DNA of 64,000 nucleotides from the human T2T-CHM13v2.0 reference genome, Homo sapiens (GCF_009914755.1 NC_060933.1); one strand, 5' to 3'; counted from the first letter of the stretch, positions 30,061-44,329 are shown. Numbers and translations are program-made. Notes: generated by a model from the letters alone, not told the origin.

Positions 30061-32530
30061 CAGCCTTCAGCTATTCGTGAACCGCTCAGCCAACAAGGCA
30101 AGAAGTCAGGAGCGCGGCGAAGCTGCCCGTGTTCCCGCAGGTGGGCCTGCTGTCCCCGTGCGGGGCCAGCCCAGGCCGCAAGCTCTCTCGCTGTTTCAGA
30201 GCTGGAACTAGGGACCCTGGGGGAGCTCCGGGCCAGAGCCCTCGCTGCCGCCCTCACCCAGGGCAGTCTGGGTGGTGGCTGGCTGTGGAATCACTCACAG
30301 CCTCTTCATAATCAGATGTGGTTTAAGCTTAACCTAGTGTTTCCCACCCTTTGAAAAATAAAAGTCTAGGCACCCCCTATTTGTAGAAAAAGAAAGCTCT
30401 CTGATGGCAGCGTAATTAAAATGCTAAGCTGGGAAGCTGTGGGCGTCCCAAGTCGGGATCAGGTACAACAAATATTATCCCTGTGGACACGGCCAGAGCT
30501 CCCGCTCCGGGTGACGGGCGGCCTGTAAAATCGGCCTGCGACAGACCACAGGCTGGACCCCTCCCTGCCCGGACAGGATGGCACCAGACACCCGCCCACC
30601 AGACTTCATACCACCAGCTGGAAGTGGCTTTCTGGTTTATGGAGCAAGACGGAACTGTAAAGTCAGTCGTTCTCATGGGCCAGAGTCAAGTCAGCGCCCC
30701 CGCCCCACCCGAGCCAAAGGAGGCTTCTGGAGGCCCCGCCAGGTCCCCCTGAGCCAGCCGGAGCCCAGCCAGGCCTCCGGGACAGACTCACCGGGTGCCA
30801 CCGAGGGCCTGAATGGGCTCCCTGTCTGCCAGAGCAAACAAGCTCCCTGGGCAGGGCGCCCTGGGCACAGCCTGGAGCGGAGCAGGCCGGAGGTTACGAG
30901 TGACGCCAGGAGGACAGGGGACTTCTTCTCTCTGGAGATTCCATTAGGGAAACCCTGCCAAAAAGTTTGCCAGGAAGTTCAGTCTGCTCCGATATTATGG
31001 GTTCACGGACAAATAGCCCCATTCAAAGAGGACAGGGCCTGAAGGGCTTTGCTAAGGCGACCGCCTCCGCTCGGCCAGGACCCCCTCCTCCCACCCCAGG
31101 CTGCTAACCAGGCTTCCTCTGGGGCGGGCTCCCGGGATGCTCTGCGTTCCCGGGGCATAGTTTACATCCGAGCTCCTCTTTTCCCCGTCTATAAAATGTG
31201 GGCATTGACATCTCACTGAGGGGTTTACAAAAGGGCCTGACTTAGTGCCTGGCCTTGGGGACTCCTCAGTGAATGGGGACCATTGTTACTGCAACTCAAA
31301 CTTTGGAGCAGTTTGCAGACATCCTCAGGCTGGAGGCAGCTGGAGGCCTGGGGAAGCCCATACCGCCCCCTGGGACTGGTGAGGTGGGTGATGGGGACCA
31401 CCTGACATTTCCCCCCTGCATACACCTCCTGGTTGGGTCTTCCCAACTAATCCCGCAGGGTCCTCTAAGCCCCTCCCCTTCAAGCCTCCCGTAACCCTAC
31501 CCTGGGCAGCGTGAGGCCTCCCTGCCCTCAGACAAACTCAGAGCTGCGTCCACGTGGACCCCACGCTCATCACGATGCCAGAGTCGCCAGATGGCAGGAG
31601 GCAGCCAAGGCACACAGGACGTGCCTGACCCCCGGCTGGTCATCCCTCCGGCGGGCCAACCTTCAGGTCAGAAGGGGCGTCTTGTGATTGTGCTGCTGCG
31701 TCCATCCCCCACGGTCCCCCATGGGCCGTCCTCGGAGACCACTGGAAGCAGACTTCTTACCCCTGCGGCCCAAAGGGAAACCACGGACCTTGGAATCTTA
31801 GACTACTGCCTCCACACCTAACTTGAAAGCCTACAGAGAAAAGGGAAAAGCAGGGCGCTGCACAGAGCAGGTGCTCAGTCACGATTTGCTGACCTCACTT
31901 CGATTCTGAAGGAAGAGTGCAGAAACAATTAGAAGAGTGTGGCTGGAAGGAAGGCAGAGAGGGCGTGGGAGGGAGAGAATCTCCAGCTAGGATTTCTCAG
32001 AGAAGCACCTCAGTATGAATGCTGCTGGGGCAGGGCTTAGCACAGGAGCTTCCCACCCCACTGTGCGGTAGCTGGGGAAGAGGAAAGGCAGGACAGGTGT
32101 GGCCTGAGACCACAGAGCTGGAGCGTGAGGAGTGTGTCAGCCGAGCCCGACATTTTTCACTCTTCGATAGAGGCGGGACTAGAGCCTGTATCTTCAGGCT
32201 TTCAGAAGTGGGTTCTCCCCGCTCTCTGGAGGCTCCTCCGATGTTAGCCCAACTTGTGAACCCAGCAACCCAAGCACCTTTATCTGGCTCCTTCACATTC
32301 AACCCCTGGGCCCTGTTCCCTCACCACGGGCGGGGCCTCACTGCGAGCCGTGACATCGCCAAGGGTCTGTGGGCTCAACCACTGGCTGTGGACTCCAGAA
32401 GCAGGGCAACATCAGGGAAGACTTCCAGCAGGGACGGCCAGGCCCCACATTCCGGGGAGAACACTCTTCCACCCCTGGAGCTCCCATGTAAATCAAGCTC
32501 CATGAAAAACTGCAAAGCACCCAAGTGACA

Positions 32531-33359
32531 TGCTGTGAATCGGGTGTTTGTGTCCCCCAAATCCATATACTGAAAGCCTACCCACCATTGTGCTGGTGTT
32601 TGGAGGGGGACCCTTGGGAGGGGATTAGGAGGTGACAGGGTTAATAATGCCCTTGTGTCCAGAGTTGGTTCCTGCCGGGTTCGTGGTCTTGCTGCTGGAC
32701 CTTCTCCATAAGTGTTACAGCTCTTAAAGATAGCACAGACCCAAAGAATGAGCTGTAGCAAGGTTTTTTGTGGAGAGCCACACCAACTGCGAGAAAGCCT
32801 CAACAGGTTTCCAAGGCTGGCTGGCTGGCTGGGGGGGTGAAGGGGGCGGGGGGGGGGCTGGCCAGCTTTTATTCCCTTATTGGCTCCACCCATGTTCTGT
32901 ATCTGTCCTATCAGAGTGCTCTTTTTTCAATCCTCCCTGCGATTGGCTACTTTTAGAATTCTGCTGATTGGTGCGTTTTACAGAACACTGATTGGTGCTT
33001 TTTACAGAGTGCTGATTGGTGCATTTTACAGAGCACTGATTGGTGCCTTTCACAGAGCGCTGATTGGCGCGTTTTACAATCCTCTGGTAAGACAGCAAAG
33101 TTCCCCAAGTCCTCACTTGACCTGGGAAGTCCAGCTGGCCTCACCTCTCACCCTTATAAGAAGAGAGAGGAGGGACTCTTTCTCCACCAGCAAAAAGGCG
33201 TCTGTCTGCAAAACAGGAAGAAGACCGTCACCAGACACCAAGTCTCCTGGTGCCTCCATCTCGGACTTCCCAGGCTCCAAACTGTGAGAAATACATTTCT
33301 ATTTTTCAAGCCACCCAGTCTGTGGTATTTGTTAGAGCAGCCCTAGCTGACTAAGATCA
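32531..33359 (+). mobile_element. MLT1A-type MaLR LTR, interrupted by LTR12F
   Basis: tttgtgtcccccaaatccatatactgaaa...[insert]...cccttataagaagag...aactgtgagaaatacatttct...aagccacccagtctgtggtattt. Confidence 0.8.
32654..33150 (-). mobile_element. LTR12F (ERV9) solo LTR
   Basis: Ends ccagctggcctcacctctca; tandem ctgattggtgcattttacagag units; 4-bp TSD CCCT at 32650-32653 and 33151-33154. Confidence 0.9.
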
Positions 33360-33974
33360 TTAGTAGAAAAGTGGTTGAACAAATTAAATAGAACCATGCC
33401 ATGGAATACAATACAGCCACAATCAAGAGTAAACTGGAATGGCCGTGTGCTGGTTTGCAGTGATCTCTAATATGAAGTAGGTGAAATCAGCAAGGGCCGG
33501 AGTTGTGGGTGTAGAAAAACTCCTTTTATGTAAGTAGGGAGCACATCATCTTTACTGATTTAGGAGTGAACCTTTTTCTGCCAGTGTACAACAATTAAAA
33601 GTTTCCTGTGTGGAGAGGCACCTGGAATTTCACTGTACATTCCACTGTACGGTTTAGGGTTCTTTTTAGTTTAAATGAGAAAAACTGCATGTTCTGGTTA
33701 CTCGAGGCGAAGGACACTTGGAGAGAGTGTTGTTTAAAATAGAGAAGGAGTCGCTCAGTAAGAAGGGAGACAGAAGACCCTGCCCGAGTTCAGCATGTTT
33801 GTGACACTAGAGGCAGTTTCAGCTCAAGCTGTTTCCGATTAATATCACAGTCCTCCAGATGAATGGAATGTCAATCACACACCAATTATGAGAATCCCAA
33901 GAAGGAAACTCCCTCTTCCATCTTACTATCCACCCACTTGTCTGCCCACCCACCCACATGGCTGCAGTGTCTCT

Positions 33975-34079
33975 CAAGGGAAAGAAGAAAGAGAGAATAA
34001 GAAGGAGGGAAGCGGGGAAGGAAAGAAGGAGGGAGGAAGGAAGGGAGGGAGGGAGGAAAGGGGAGGGGAGCGGAGGGAA
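33975..34079 (+). repeat. Purine-rich GGA/GAA tract
   Basis: aagggaaagaagaaagagag...gggagggagggaggaaagggg. Confidence 0.8.
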
Positions 34080-35084
34080 TTCTGCTACCAATACTAAAAT
34101 ACACCCTTGGACAAATCAGACAAACCCACTCTGCGTTTCTGGTTTCCTCCCCAGTGCCGTAGCTCAGCACTAGTGGAGGGAGATTGAAAAGAAGCAGCAG
34201 AGCCATATGCTCACATATTAAAAACCATGGTTGGCAGTGAGAGGAATCATTTTTCCTGGCGCTCAGAACGTGTGCAGTAAGGCCCTGTGGAAGCTGCCAG
34301 GTTACTAAGAGGTGAAACAGCCATTGTGAAATGCACCTCCTAGAAAGAATCCACCAGGAAGTGAGGTTTTCTGTGTCTGCAAACTAGCTCTGACCTCTTC
34401 CAGCTCCTTTGCCCTCTGCTTTGAAATAAATGATGAATTCAAGTCAACCCATATCGCCTGGGTATCTCCTACAGCCAGGGCTCTGTAGTGAAGGTCAATA
34501 GGAGGTTGCCCCTTACTTCATCAGGTCCAGCTCACTGGGAGGTGATCCTGTTGGCAGTGTGGAGAAGTAACCATCATTCCTGCCTGGCTGATTGCACCCA
34601 GCTAACAGGCCAGTTCTGTTGTCCAGCCGTCTCCAGTTTGGGTCAGGTGCACCTGGGTTTTATTCCTAGGGTTACGGCTAGCTGGCAGCTCATTCAGGGC
34701 AGATCCTCTTCCTCTTTGGGTCTGTTTCCTCCCCCGCAGCATGAGGGGCAATGCACATTTGAAGAGGATTTAAGTGACCTGAGCAGTGGACCTCTCTCTG
34801 GCATACACACATGGGTAAACAGGCATATGACTTTTGGGGATAACGAAAAACAGCCATGTCCACCAAATCAATGTGGGATCAGGAGGTAGAAGTGAATTTT
34901 CTTGCCAGGTGGGAAAGTAGAAATTGTCTAGGTTGTGAGCGGCCTCTTTCATGTGCCCTTATCCCTAACTCTGCAGAGACTTTGTGAGAAGTAGCAAAGC
35001 TTCTGCTGGCTTCAAGCCCTCAAGCTGCTGGTAAATTGAGGTAAGGCACATTCTCCTGTCAAAGGATTTCTAAACTCTCCAGAC

Positions 35085-35550
35085 CTTATCAGGCAGGGTC
35101 CCAACAGGAAGCAGAAGGCACACTCAAATTAGCATCATAGAGGAGAGTTTCTCTATATACGGACTACCTACAAGGTGTGGGCAGGTGCAGGGGAGCCATG
35201 CAGGAACCCCAGGCCACAGCAGGTGAGCTGTCACTCGCACCAGATCCAGCGGGGTGAGGGAGGGAGAGGTTATCAGAACTGAAACATGGAAGGAGAAAGT
35301 TGTGAGGAGGACAGCCCCTCCACAGGTGATTTTACAGAGTCGGGGGATGCAGAGCAATGAGAAGCCTCACCTTCCTCTCTCCCCCTGAACTCCTGCTGGG
35401 GCTCCCCCGGCCCCTGGCCAAACCCACCCAGAAGCCAGAGGGCCCAGGAGTTGTAGAGTGCAGTCCATGCAGCCATGCAGGGCAGGCTTCCAGGGCAGAA
35501 GGGGGCTGGCAGGTGGACAGTGGGTCTGGGGGTGACAGAAGCAGCACACA
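35085..35550 (-). mobile_element. LTR33-like ERVL LTR
   Basis: cagggtcccaacaggaagcagaaggcacactcaaatt...ccaaacccacccagaagccagaggg. Confidence 0.7.
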
Positions 35551-35698
35551 AGGACTCTCTGCACGTGGACGACCCTTTAGCATGTTCTTCTGGAAGGTTT
35601 AATGTTCACCCAGCCTTAACTTCTTGGGAGAATTTTAAAGTATTAAGAGCAGGGAAAATTGAAAACCAATTTAAAAAGGGAACTTAGCCATTTCCAAG

Positions 35699-36073
35699 TG
35701 TATTAGTCCATTTTCACAGTGCTGATAAAGACATACCCAAGACTGGGCAATTTACAAAAGAAAGAGGTTTAATTGGACTTACAGTTCCACGTGGCTGGGG
35801 AAGCCTCACAATCATGGCGGAAGGCAAGAAGGAGCAAGTCATGTCTTACATGGACAGCAGCAGGCAAAGAGAGAATGAGGAAGACACAAAAGCAGAAACC
35901 CCTGATAAAACTATCTGATCTTGTGAGACTATTCACTACCACAAGAACGATGTGGAGGAAACCTCCCCCATGATTCAATTATCTCCCACCGGATCCCTCC
36001 CATAACACGTGGGAATTATGGAAGTACAATTCAAAATGAGGTTTGGGTGGGGGCACAGAGCCAAACCATATCA
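35699..36073 (-). mobile_element. THE1B/C MaLR solo LTR
   Basis: tgtattagtccattttcac...gagccaaaccatatca; 5-bp TSD CCAAG. Confidence 0.92.
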
Positions 36074-36826
36074 CCAAGTTTAAGTGGAAATGTATGATTT
36101 GAGCCATTAAACACTTAGATTGTCCCAAACTCTCAGGAGCACATCTGTGGCTCATGTGAAGCAGGCCTACCGCTTTGTGTAATTCTAAAGCTTCTTATAG
36201 GTTTCCACTATAGACTCAAAGCCCAGAACTTAATGTATAATAACAGTACTATTATTATTATTGTAACAACTATATAGCAATGCTATACCTTGCAGATCAC
36301 TAAGTATTATCTATTTCAGGGAAGCCATAGGTTTCACTGGAGCTTAAGGGAACCATCAAAAACAAGGAATTCGTAAACAGGATTCAGTGTTTGCCTGGCA
36401 TGGGACCACTATTTTTGCTGGTCCTCCTTTTTCTAGGCCTCTGTTTCATTGAGAAAAGTTGTAAACTGTGTGCAAGAGAGGCAAAAATGTGTTGCTCAAC
36501 TTATAATGATTAGTCTGGTGCACCGTCACTAGAAGGTTGAGATGCGTCATCCATTGGAGGGAACATTCAGCAGCCTAAACAAGGATGCGTGGAAGACTCC
36601 AGTTGACATGGGAAGATATTCATCATATATAGCTGAATGAAAAAAAAAAAACTTACAAAAGAGCATTGTAGTGAGATGCCATTTTTTGAAGAAATCATAT
36701 GTGTGTGTGTGTACATGCATGTGTGTATTTTTAAGTCATGAAGAAAAGGTATGAAAATGACACAAATAGTTAACTTGGCAGGTGGGATTCCAGGTAACTG
36801 TCATTATCCTTTTGCTTATTTGCATT

Positions 36827-37218
36827 TGATAAAAGAAAAACTTCAGCTGAATTAAATTTAAAGGAGTGTAATTGAGCAATGAGTGATTCAGGTATGGAGC
36901 AGCCTTCCCAGCCAGAGTAGGATCAGGGACTCCAGCACAGCCACGTGGTGGAAGATTTATGGACAGAAAAAGGAAAGTGACCTACGGAAAATAGAAGTGA
37001 GGCACAGAAGCAGCCAGATTGGTTACAGCTTGGCATTTGCCTTATTTGAATAGAGTTCAAACAGCTACATTTGATTGGCCAAAACTCGGTGATTAGTACA
37101 AGTGGAGGCTAAGGTCTGTTTACACCTATACTTGTTATAGTTCACGATGTACAGAAAAACCTTTAGGCCAAACTAAAAATAGCTAAGGAGGCAGCTTCAG
37201 GTGAAACTTGATTTAACA
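36827..37218 (-). mobile_element. MER57-type ERV1 solo LTR
   Basis: tgataaaagaaaaacttcagctgaattaaatttaaagg...aaacttgatttaaca; 4-bp TSD CATT. Confidence 0.8.
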
Positions 37219-38764
37219 CATTTTTAAAATGAACATGTATTTATCATCTAAAAAAAATGTTATGGTATGAAAGAAAATCCCTGCCTGCAACACCTTAGAA
37301 ACAGACTGAAGCCCCAGGACCACCACAGAGCACAGCCACAGGGGCCCTCGCCATCTTGCATTCTTTGATCCTTGTGCAAAGGAGACCCTCAAGTCCACTC
37401 TTCAATTCCTCACTGCAGCCCTGGACTCTCCTAGTGCTTACTGGAAATAAGGCACTGTTAAAGGCAAGGGGGGGAAAAAGACTGGCCCCAGCGTCTCAGC
37501 ATAGAAGACTGGGGACCTGAGATGAGCCTCTCTGGACATGGCAGGTCTGTGTAAGCCAGCCCTGTGTGCCATGACCTTTTCTCTATGGCTTTACATTCTT
37601 CCCTTCTGTGCCCTCTCCCTTACCTCTAAGGGTGGGGCTAGTGGTGATAGTGCTGGTACAGATTCTGGAATTCTGATCTTACAACTTCAGCCAGGCATTG
37701 GTCTCTGCCTTCCTTATGTTTCACTTCCTATTTGCAAAATGATGATGCTGTTTCCTAGTCTAGGAAACAAAGAGGCCCTTCAGGGTGTCATTGGACTCTC
37801 TGCCTGCACCCGCATCCCTTCCAGCTGGGCTCCAGATGACATAGATTAGCCAACGCTTTCTGTGTCCATAACCATCGCCAGTGATCCTTTGGTTAAAGAC
37901 ATCCCCAGATCATATAAGGTCTTCTCACTTCCCAGCAAAGCGCCTGAGTGACCTCGTTCTGGAGACATACAATCCAAGCCCTCTGCCTGTCCCTCATTTG
38001 TGTGAAAAGCACTCTTTTGGGAGGTGTCTTTTCCCTGGTACTTCTCTCCTGAAGATAGCAATCTTCTCCCCTTTTCAGGTGTCTTTCCAGTTTTAGATTC
38101 TATTGTGTTCTCTAGAGAGTTTGTAAACGTTCTCTTTGAAGAAAAGTTTCAGATTGAGGAAGGTTCTTAAAGCCATGATACTCCCGAGGATGAATGGATT
38201 TGCTTCTCAGCATCTTTTTCTGACCTCCCTTTGAAAGGATGGAAGGCTAGGGATATTTGACAGCTAGTGGTCTAAGTGTTAAGAGGGATTGGGCCATATT
38301 CTTTTTCTTTCAGGTATAACTTCTCTTACTGGAATATCTTCTCTGTCTCTCAACTTTTATATTCTTGCACCAGAGCTGAACAAGTACAGCCAACCCCAAA
38401 GGCCTGTGTTGGTGGGGATCAGGAAGTGTGGCGGAAGCCCCTGCCTCCTGCAGGCTGTCAGGGTGATCACTGCCCTCCACCAAAACTCATACTGCTCCAG
38501 GTGTTCAGAAGCCATGCCCATGGGTTGATGGAGATGCTCCTGAGCTGTGAAGACCAACAGAAGGGCTGGAAGGCAGAAGAAACACAGGATGTGGCCAGAG
38601 ACATAGTCAGGTGCTAATACCCAGGGCAGCAGCACCTTTAAAAGGCCCCACTCTCACAGGGGCAGGGGCAGGACCTGGCTGGGCCCTGACTGGGAGCTCA
38701 TCAGCAGGGGGAATGAGTCACATGAAAGGCTCCACCCCTGAGCAACAACATTCAAGACAGCATG

Positions 38765-39172
38765 TGATATGGGTTTGGGTGTTTTGTGCCTTCCAAATCT
38801 CAGGCTGAAATGTGCCCTCCAGGGCTGGAGGTGGGGCCTAGTGGAAAGTCTTTGGGTCATGGGGATGGATCCCTCGTGAATGGCTTGGTGCTGTCCTCAC
38901 TCACTCTGTGAGTTCACATGAGATCTGTTGTTTAAAAGAGCCTGGCAGCTCTTCTCTCTTTCTCTCTCTTGCTCCCTCTCTTGCCATGTGACACACTGGC
39001 TCCCCTTAGCCTTCTGCCATGATTGGAAGCTTCCTGAGGCCTCACCAGAAGCTATTGCCAGTGCTATGCTTCCTCTATAGCCTGCAGATCCATGAGCCAA
39101 ATAAACCTCTTTTCTTTATAAATTACTCAGCCTCAGGTATTCCTTTATGGCAACAAAGAATGGACTAACACA
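38765..39172 (+). mobile_element. MSTB-type MaLR LTR
   Basis: tgatatgggtttgg...gaagcttcctgaggcctcaccagaagc...aataaacctcttttctttataaattac...ggactaacaca. Confidence 0.85.
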
Positions 39173-39179
39173 TGCCATG

Positions 39180-41085
39180 AGGATAAACTCATAAATTAAC
39201 AAAACAGAATAGAGTCCAGAAACATACCTGTATGTGTACGTTTAATTGATTGTGGACAAGGTTGCTAGTTGACAGGGAAAGAATTGTCTTTTGACAAATG
39301 GTGCTGAGACAAGTGGATAGCCACACACAAAAGAACCAACACCATATCCAAAAAAAAAAACTCAAAATGGATCAGAGACCTAAATGTAAGGTCTAAAACC
39401 ATAAAAATCTTAGAGGAAAACATAGGAGTAAATCTTCATGACCTTGGATTTGGCAATGAAGATACAGTCTGTATCTTAGATATAACAGTAAAAGCATAAG
39501 CAACAAAGGAAAACAATAGATAAATTGAAATTAGAAATTTTTTGTGCTTCAAAAGACACCATCAACAAAGTGAAAAAATAATGCACAGAAAGGGAAAAAT
39601 ATTTGCAAATCATATATCTGATAAGGGACTTGTATCGAGAATGTGTAAAAAATTGTTGCAACTCCATAATAAAAAGCCAAGTAACCCAACTGAAAAATGA
39701 GCACAAAGTCTGAATAGATATTTCTCCAAGGAAGGTATATACAAATGGCACATGAAAAGATGCTTGGCATCATTAGTCATCAGAGAAGTGAAATCAAAAC
39801 CATCTCACACCCACTAGGATGGCTAGGATAGAAAAGTCAGACAATAACAAGTGTTAGCAAGGAGGTGGAATCATTGGAACCCTCATACACTTTGCTAATG
39901 GGAATGCAAATGGTGAAGCCACTTTGGAAAACAGGCTGGTAGCTTCTGAAAGGATTAAACAGAGTTGCCATATGACCAGCAATTCTACCATTACGTCTAT
40001 ACCCAAGAGAAATGGAAACAGGTGCTCAATCAAAAACAGCACAAATGTTCAGAGTAACATTGTCCATAATAGCCAAAAGGTGTGCATAACTAAATGTCCA
40101 TCAGTGGATGAATGGATACACAAATATGGTATGTCTGTACAATGGAATGCTATTCAGCAGTAAAAAGGAATTGTAGAGGGCTTGAGAGATTTGGGGGCTG
40201 ATCAAAGAAAAAGAGGTTGACCATGAGGGGTAGTGACACACGCAAGCTTTACTGGACGGCGCTGGGACAACATTGCATGAGTAGGGAACTCCCTTGCAGC
40301 ATGAGACCTTCGAGCAGCTTATGGCGGGGGCTTGCGGGGGGGTTGCACCTTCCAGAAGGGGAGGAGGCAAGGGAAACGGGAAGGGGGCCAAAAAGGAGGC
40401 TTCTGTGCCTAGGAGCTGCTGCTTGGCAGCACAGAGGGGAGTCTCTGGGTCCGAGAGCCTTGGAAGGTAGTAGCACCTTGGGGCTGTTCTTAAAACCACG
40501 AGGCTCAATCTTATCAGTGTCCGGCAGGTAGTGAGTGAGGTCTCCTGGGGAATGCAAAGCAGGCAGGCCCTAAACGGCTAAAAATCTGCTTGTTTCTGCA
40601 GTTCTCAAAACAACTGGATGTGTACATTTCTGAGTTTGATGCCAGTGGGGTTTTGAGCTCAGAGGTCTCAGCCTTCAGTGAAGAAATGAACAACCTAGAG
40701 GCCACTGCCCAGAAGCCATCTTTGGCTCATTTATACAAGAAGAAGGAAGTGCTGGTGTGTGCTACAATGGATGACCCCAACCAAATTGTGCTAAGTGAAA
40801 GAAGCCAGACATGGAAGACCGCATACAATATGATTCCACACCAAACGTACAGATGAGGCAGGCAAATCTATAGCGCAGACAGGAAATGAGTGGCTGCCAG
40901 AGCTGGGAGCAGAGTGGGGATGCTAGGGGTGATAGCTAGAGGGTACAGCATTTCTTTTTAGGGTGATGAGTGTTCTAAAGTTGATTGTGGTGATGAGTGC
41001 ACAACTCTGTGAATATATTAAAAACCATTGAATTGTGCACTTTAAATATGTGAATTGTATGGTATTCAATCAAAGCTGTTCCAAA
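39180..41085 (+). mobile_element. L1MB-type ORF2 end and 3' UTR, interrupted by an LTR
   Basis: aaatggatcagagacctaaatgtaag, atatttgcaaatcatatatctgataaggg, aaatgtccatcagtggatgaatggata, gcacaactctgtgaatatattaaaaacc. Confidence 0.85.
40172..40737 (-). mobile_element. ERVL-class solo LTR (LTR47/LTR53-like)
   Basis: TG...CA-bounded insert splitting the L1; reverse complement begins tgtataaatgagccaaagatggc; subfamily uncertain. Confidence 0.6.
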
Positions 41086-41225
41086 GAGAAAAATAGATGA
41101 AAACTGAAAAACAAAGGCTCAACCCACAGGCTGCTTTCTCTAGTGCTGAGGTTTCAATATTAAATGAGCAGACTGGCCCTTCGTAAGTGAGAACACAAAA
41201 GCTGCTTAAACAGGTACCCCTTTGA

Positions 41226-41832
<607 letters not shown>

Positions 41833-41853
41833 TGTATCTGTCATCTTTCTACC

Positions 41854-41901
<48 letters not shown>

Positions 41902-41982
41902 CTATCATCTATGTATCTGTCATCTTTCTAGCATCTATCTATCTATATCTATCATCTATGTATCTGTCATCTTTCTAGCATC

Positions 41983-42013
<31 letters not shown>

Positions 42014-42020
42014 CTATCTA
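41833..42020 (+). repeat. Compound (TCTA)n microsatellite with a 47-bp higher-order unit
   Basis: About 11-12 pure TCTA units at 41854-41900, then units starting at 41901 and 41948. Confidence 0.9.
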
Positions 42021-42393
42021 AGAGAGAGAACATAGGGTATGTTTCTGACCTCTCAATTCTATTTCGCTGATTTGTAAGTTTATCTTTATGGTAGGGACAC
42101 GCTGTTTTGATTACTGTTGCTTGAAGATGGTACCTTTAGTGTCACTCATTCTTCCAACAAACAAACTGCCACAGTCAGTCCCCAGCCCAAGCCCTGCCCT
42201 TGCCCCTAAGGGTGTGGTGCCTTTTAAAGGTGCTCCTTCCCTGGGCATCAACATGTGGCTGTATCTCTGTGTTTCTCCCCCTTTCCAGCCTGTCTGCCAT
42301 CTTTCTGTTGGCCATTTTACAGCTCAGGAACATTTCCATGGTTTTGTCCTACAAGCCCCCATCAGAGGGGATGGATCCGAGCAGGAAAGGCTC

Positions 42394-42775
42394 TGTTATG
42401 GGTTGAATTGTGTGCCCTCAGGTTTCCTAAGTTGAAGTCTTAACCCTGAGGTACTCGGAATGTGACCATCTTTGGAGACAGAGGCTTTACAGAGGTCATC
42501 AAGTGAAGGCAAGCTCACTAGGGTGGGCCCTCATCCAGTGTGACCAGTGTCCTTGTGAAAAGGGGAAAGGTGGACACAGAGATATGCTTACAAGGAAGGC
42601 CATGTGAAGGGAGAAGATGGCCATCTACAAGCAAAGGGGAGAGATCTTCCCTCATGGCCTCACGAGGAACAGCCCTGATGATGCTGGATCCTGTGGCTCT
42701 CGCCTCCAGACTGGGAGACAGAGAACTTCTGTTGTTTGTGGTGCTTTGTCACAGCCACCCGAGTAGGCTCCTTGC
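42394..42775 (+). mobile_element. MLT1B-type MaLR LTR
   Basis: tgttatgggttgaattgtgtgccc...gaatgtgaccatctttggagac...gggtgggccctcatcca...gaagatggccatctacaagc. Confidence 0.85.
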
Positions 42776-43919
42776 TCCCCCTCCTGGTCCCTCAACCACA
42801 ATGTTTCCCCTTTGCCTTGATGAATATTTCATTTGAAAAATGGCATTGGTTGGTTTAAAAGAAAAGTTTGGAAGTTCCTTATTCTTATCCACACTTCTCT
42901 CAGACGGGCGTGCTGATGCCCGCTGAAATGATCTATCTGAAGTTACAGAGTCCTTTCTTATGACTCACCATTTGCTTTCTTGGAGGATGAAGAAAGGAAG
43001 GAAAAGAGGGAGGGAGACTGGACCCCAGTCCCTGTGAGGCTGCTGGTGGCTAGTGAAGAAAGAGCATAGCTGCGTTGGCTTTGCAAATCAGCACAGCCAG
43101 CCACATCTCATTCTGCTGCAGCCTCAGGGAAGCAGACGTAGCCCTGTGTGTAGCTGCAGCATGGCCACTAGCCTCCTGGGTGCAGATGCCATTGCCTAGC
43201 TCAGCACTTCCCCCTCCATTTGCTCCTGGGCCGTCCCTGCCTTCCAGGATGTGCTTGGGTGACTGGTCACTGGGCTTCTGGGGACTGTCAACTCCTAGAG
43301 GTTCTGAAGCAGCTGTTGCAAGATTATGAAGCCATTTGGTTTGTTTCACTGTTTTCCCTCCTCATCTCCTCTCTTTAAATCTTTCTTGCTCCCCTGTCTT
43401 GCATATTTGTGATGGATAGAGGTAGAGAGAGTTCTGGTGCTTTTGGTTTTACAAAGCTCTGGATCCAATCAGTGTTGCCAAAGATTGGATCGTATCTTCT
43501 CTAGAAGCTTTTTGTAAGTTTCTTATGTTCATTATGTCACTTCCACCTCCCTCCACCAGAAAAGCTTGCATCAGCAAAAGTTGAAGTTGTTGCACGTTAT
43601 TACTGGAAATGAGTTAACTTAAAACATGCTTGTTTAGGGAACCCACAGAAGCCATGCTTTTGTACTGACTCCATGCCAAGCCATTGTTTCAGTGTGAGGG
43701 CCTAAGTCTGCCCTCGTGAAGTCCTCGGCCTTGGGTGCTATAAGATACAAAGTCTCTAAAACCCTTTGCTCCAAGTCTCCCTTATTTCGATGACATCTAC
43801 TCAGAACCATCACTGGGCTTCACCCTTGCCCTTATTCTGTGATCCTGGTAGAAGGGGCAAGGAACACTACCTCAGGAACAAAGGTCACAATGGAGCGAGG
43901 TGCTACCCTTCTCCTGACA

Positions 43920-44005
43920 ATGCTGTTATGACAAATGGTGCGGCTGCATCCCACTGTAACTTTACCTACAAAAACAGGCAGTGGGCCAGATTTGGCCTGC
44001 AAGCC
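43920..44005 (+). mobile_element. MER58A fragment (hAT-Charlie)
   Basis: actttacctacaaaaacaggcagtgggccagatttggcc. Confidence 0.6.
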
Positions 44006-44007
44006 TC

Positions 44008-44127
44008 TTTTTTCTTTCTTTCTTTCTTTCTTTTTTTTTTTTTTTTTTTTTTGAGACAGGGTCTGGCTTTGTCACCCAGGCTGGCGTGCAGTGGTGCGAT
44101 CACAGCCGGCTGCAGTCTCGACCTCCT
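44008..44127 (-). mobile_element. 5'-truncated AluJ-like element
   Basis: T-rich tail plus ~75 nt of right arm; TSD tggcctgcaa(g/a)cctctt. Confidence 0.85.
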
Positions 44128-44329
44128 ATGGCCTGCAAACCTCTTGTTGATAAGTCACTTCACCTCTCTGAGTCCTAATGCCTTCATCTATGAGTTCTCC
44201 AAATATCCCCTGTGACCTTTCAGTTCACAGGTCCCAAGCAGAGTCACTGGAACAATTCGATTGGAATCCCCACCTGCCCTGAGGTGGCGCATCAGCCCTC
44301 TCTTACTGTGTCTCCTGGAATCCTGAGTA

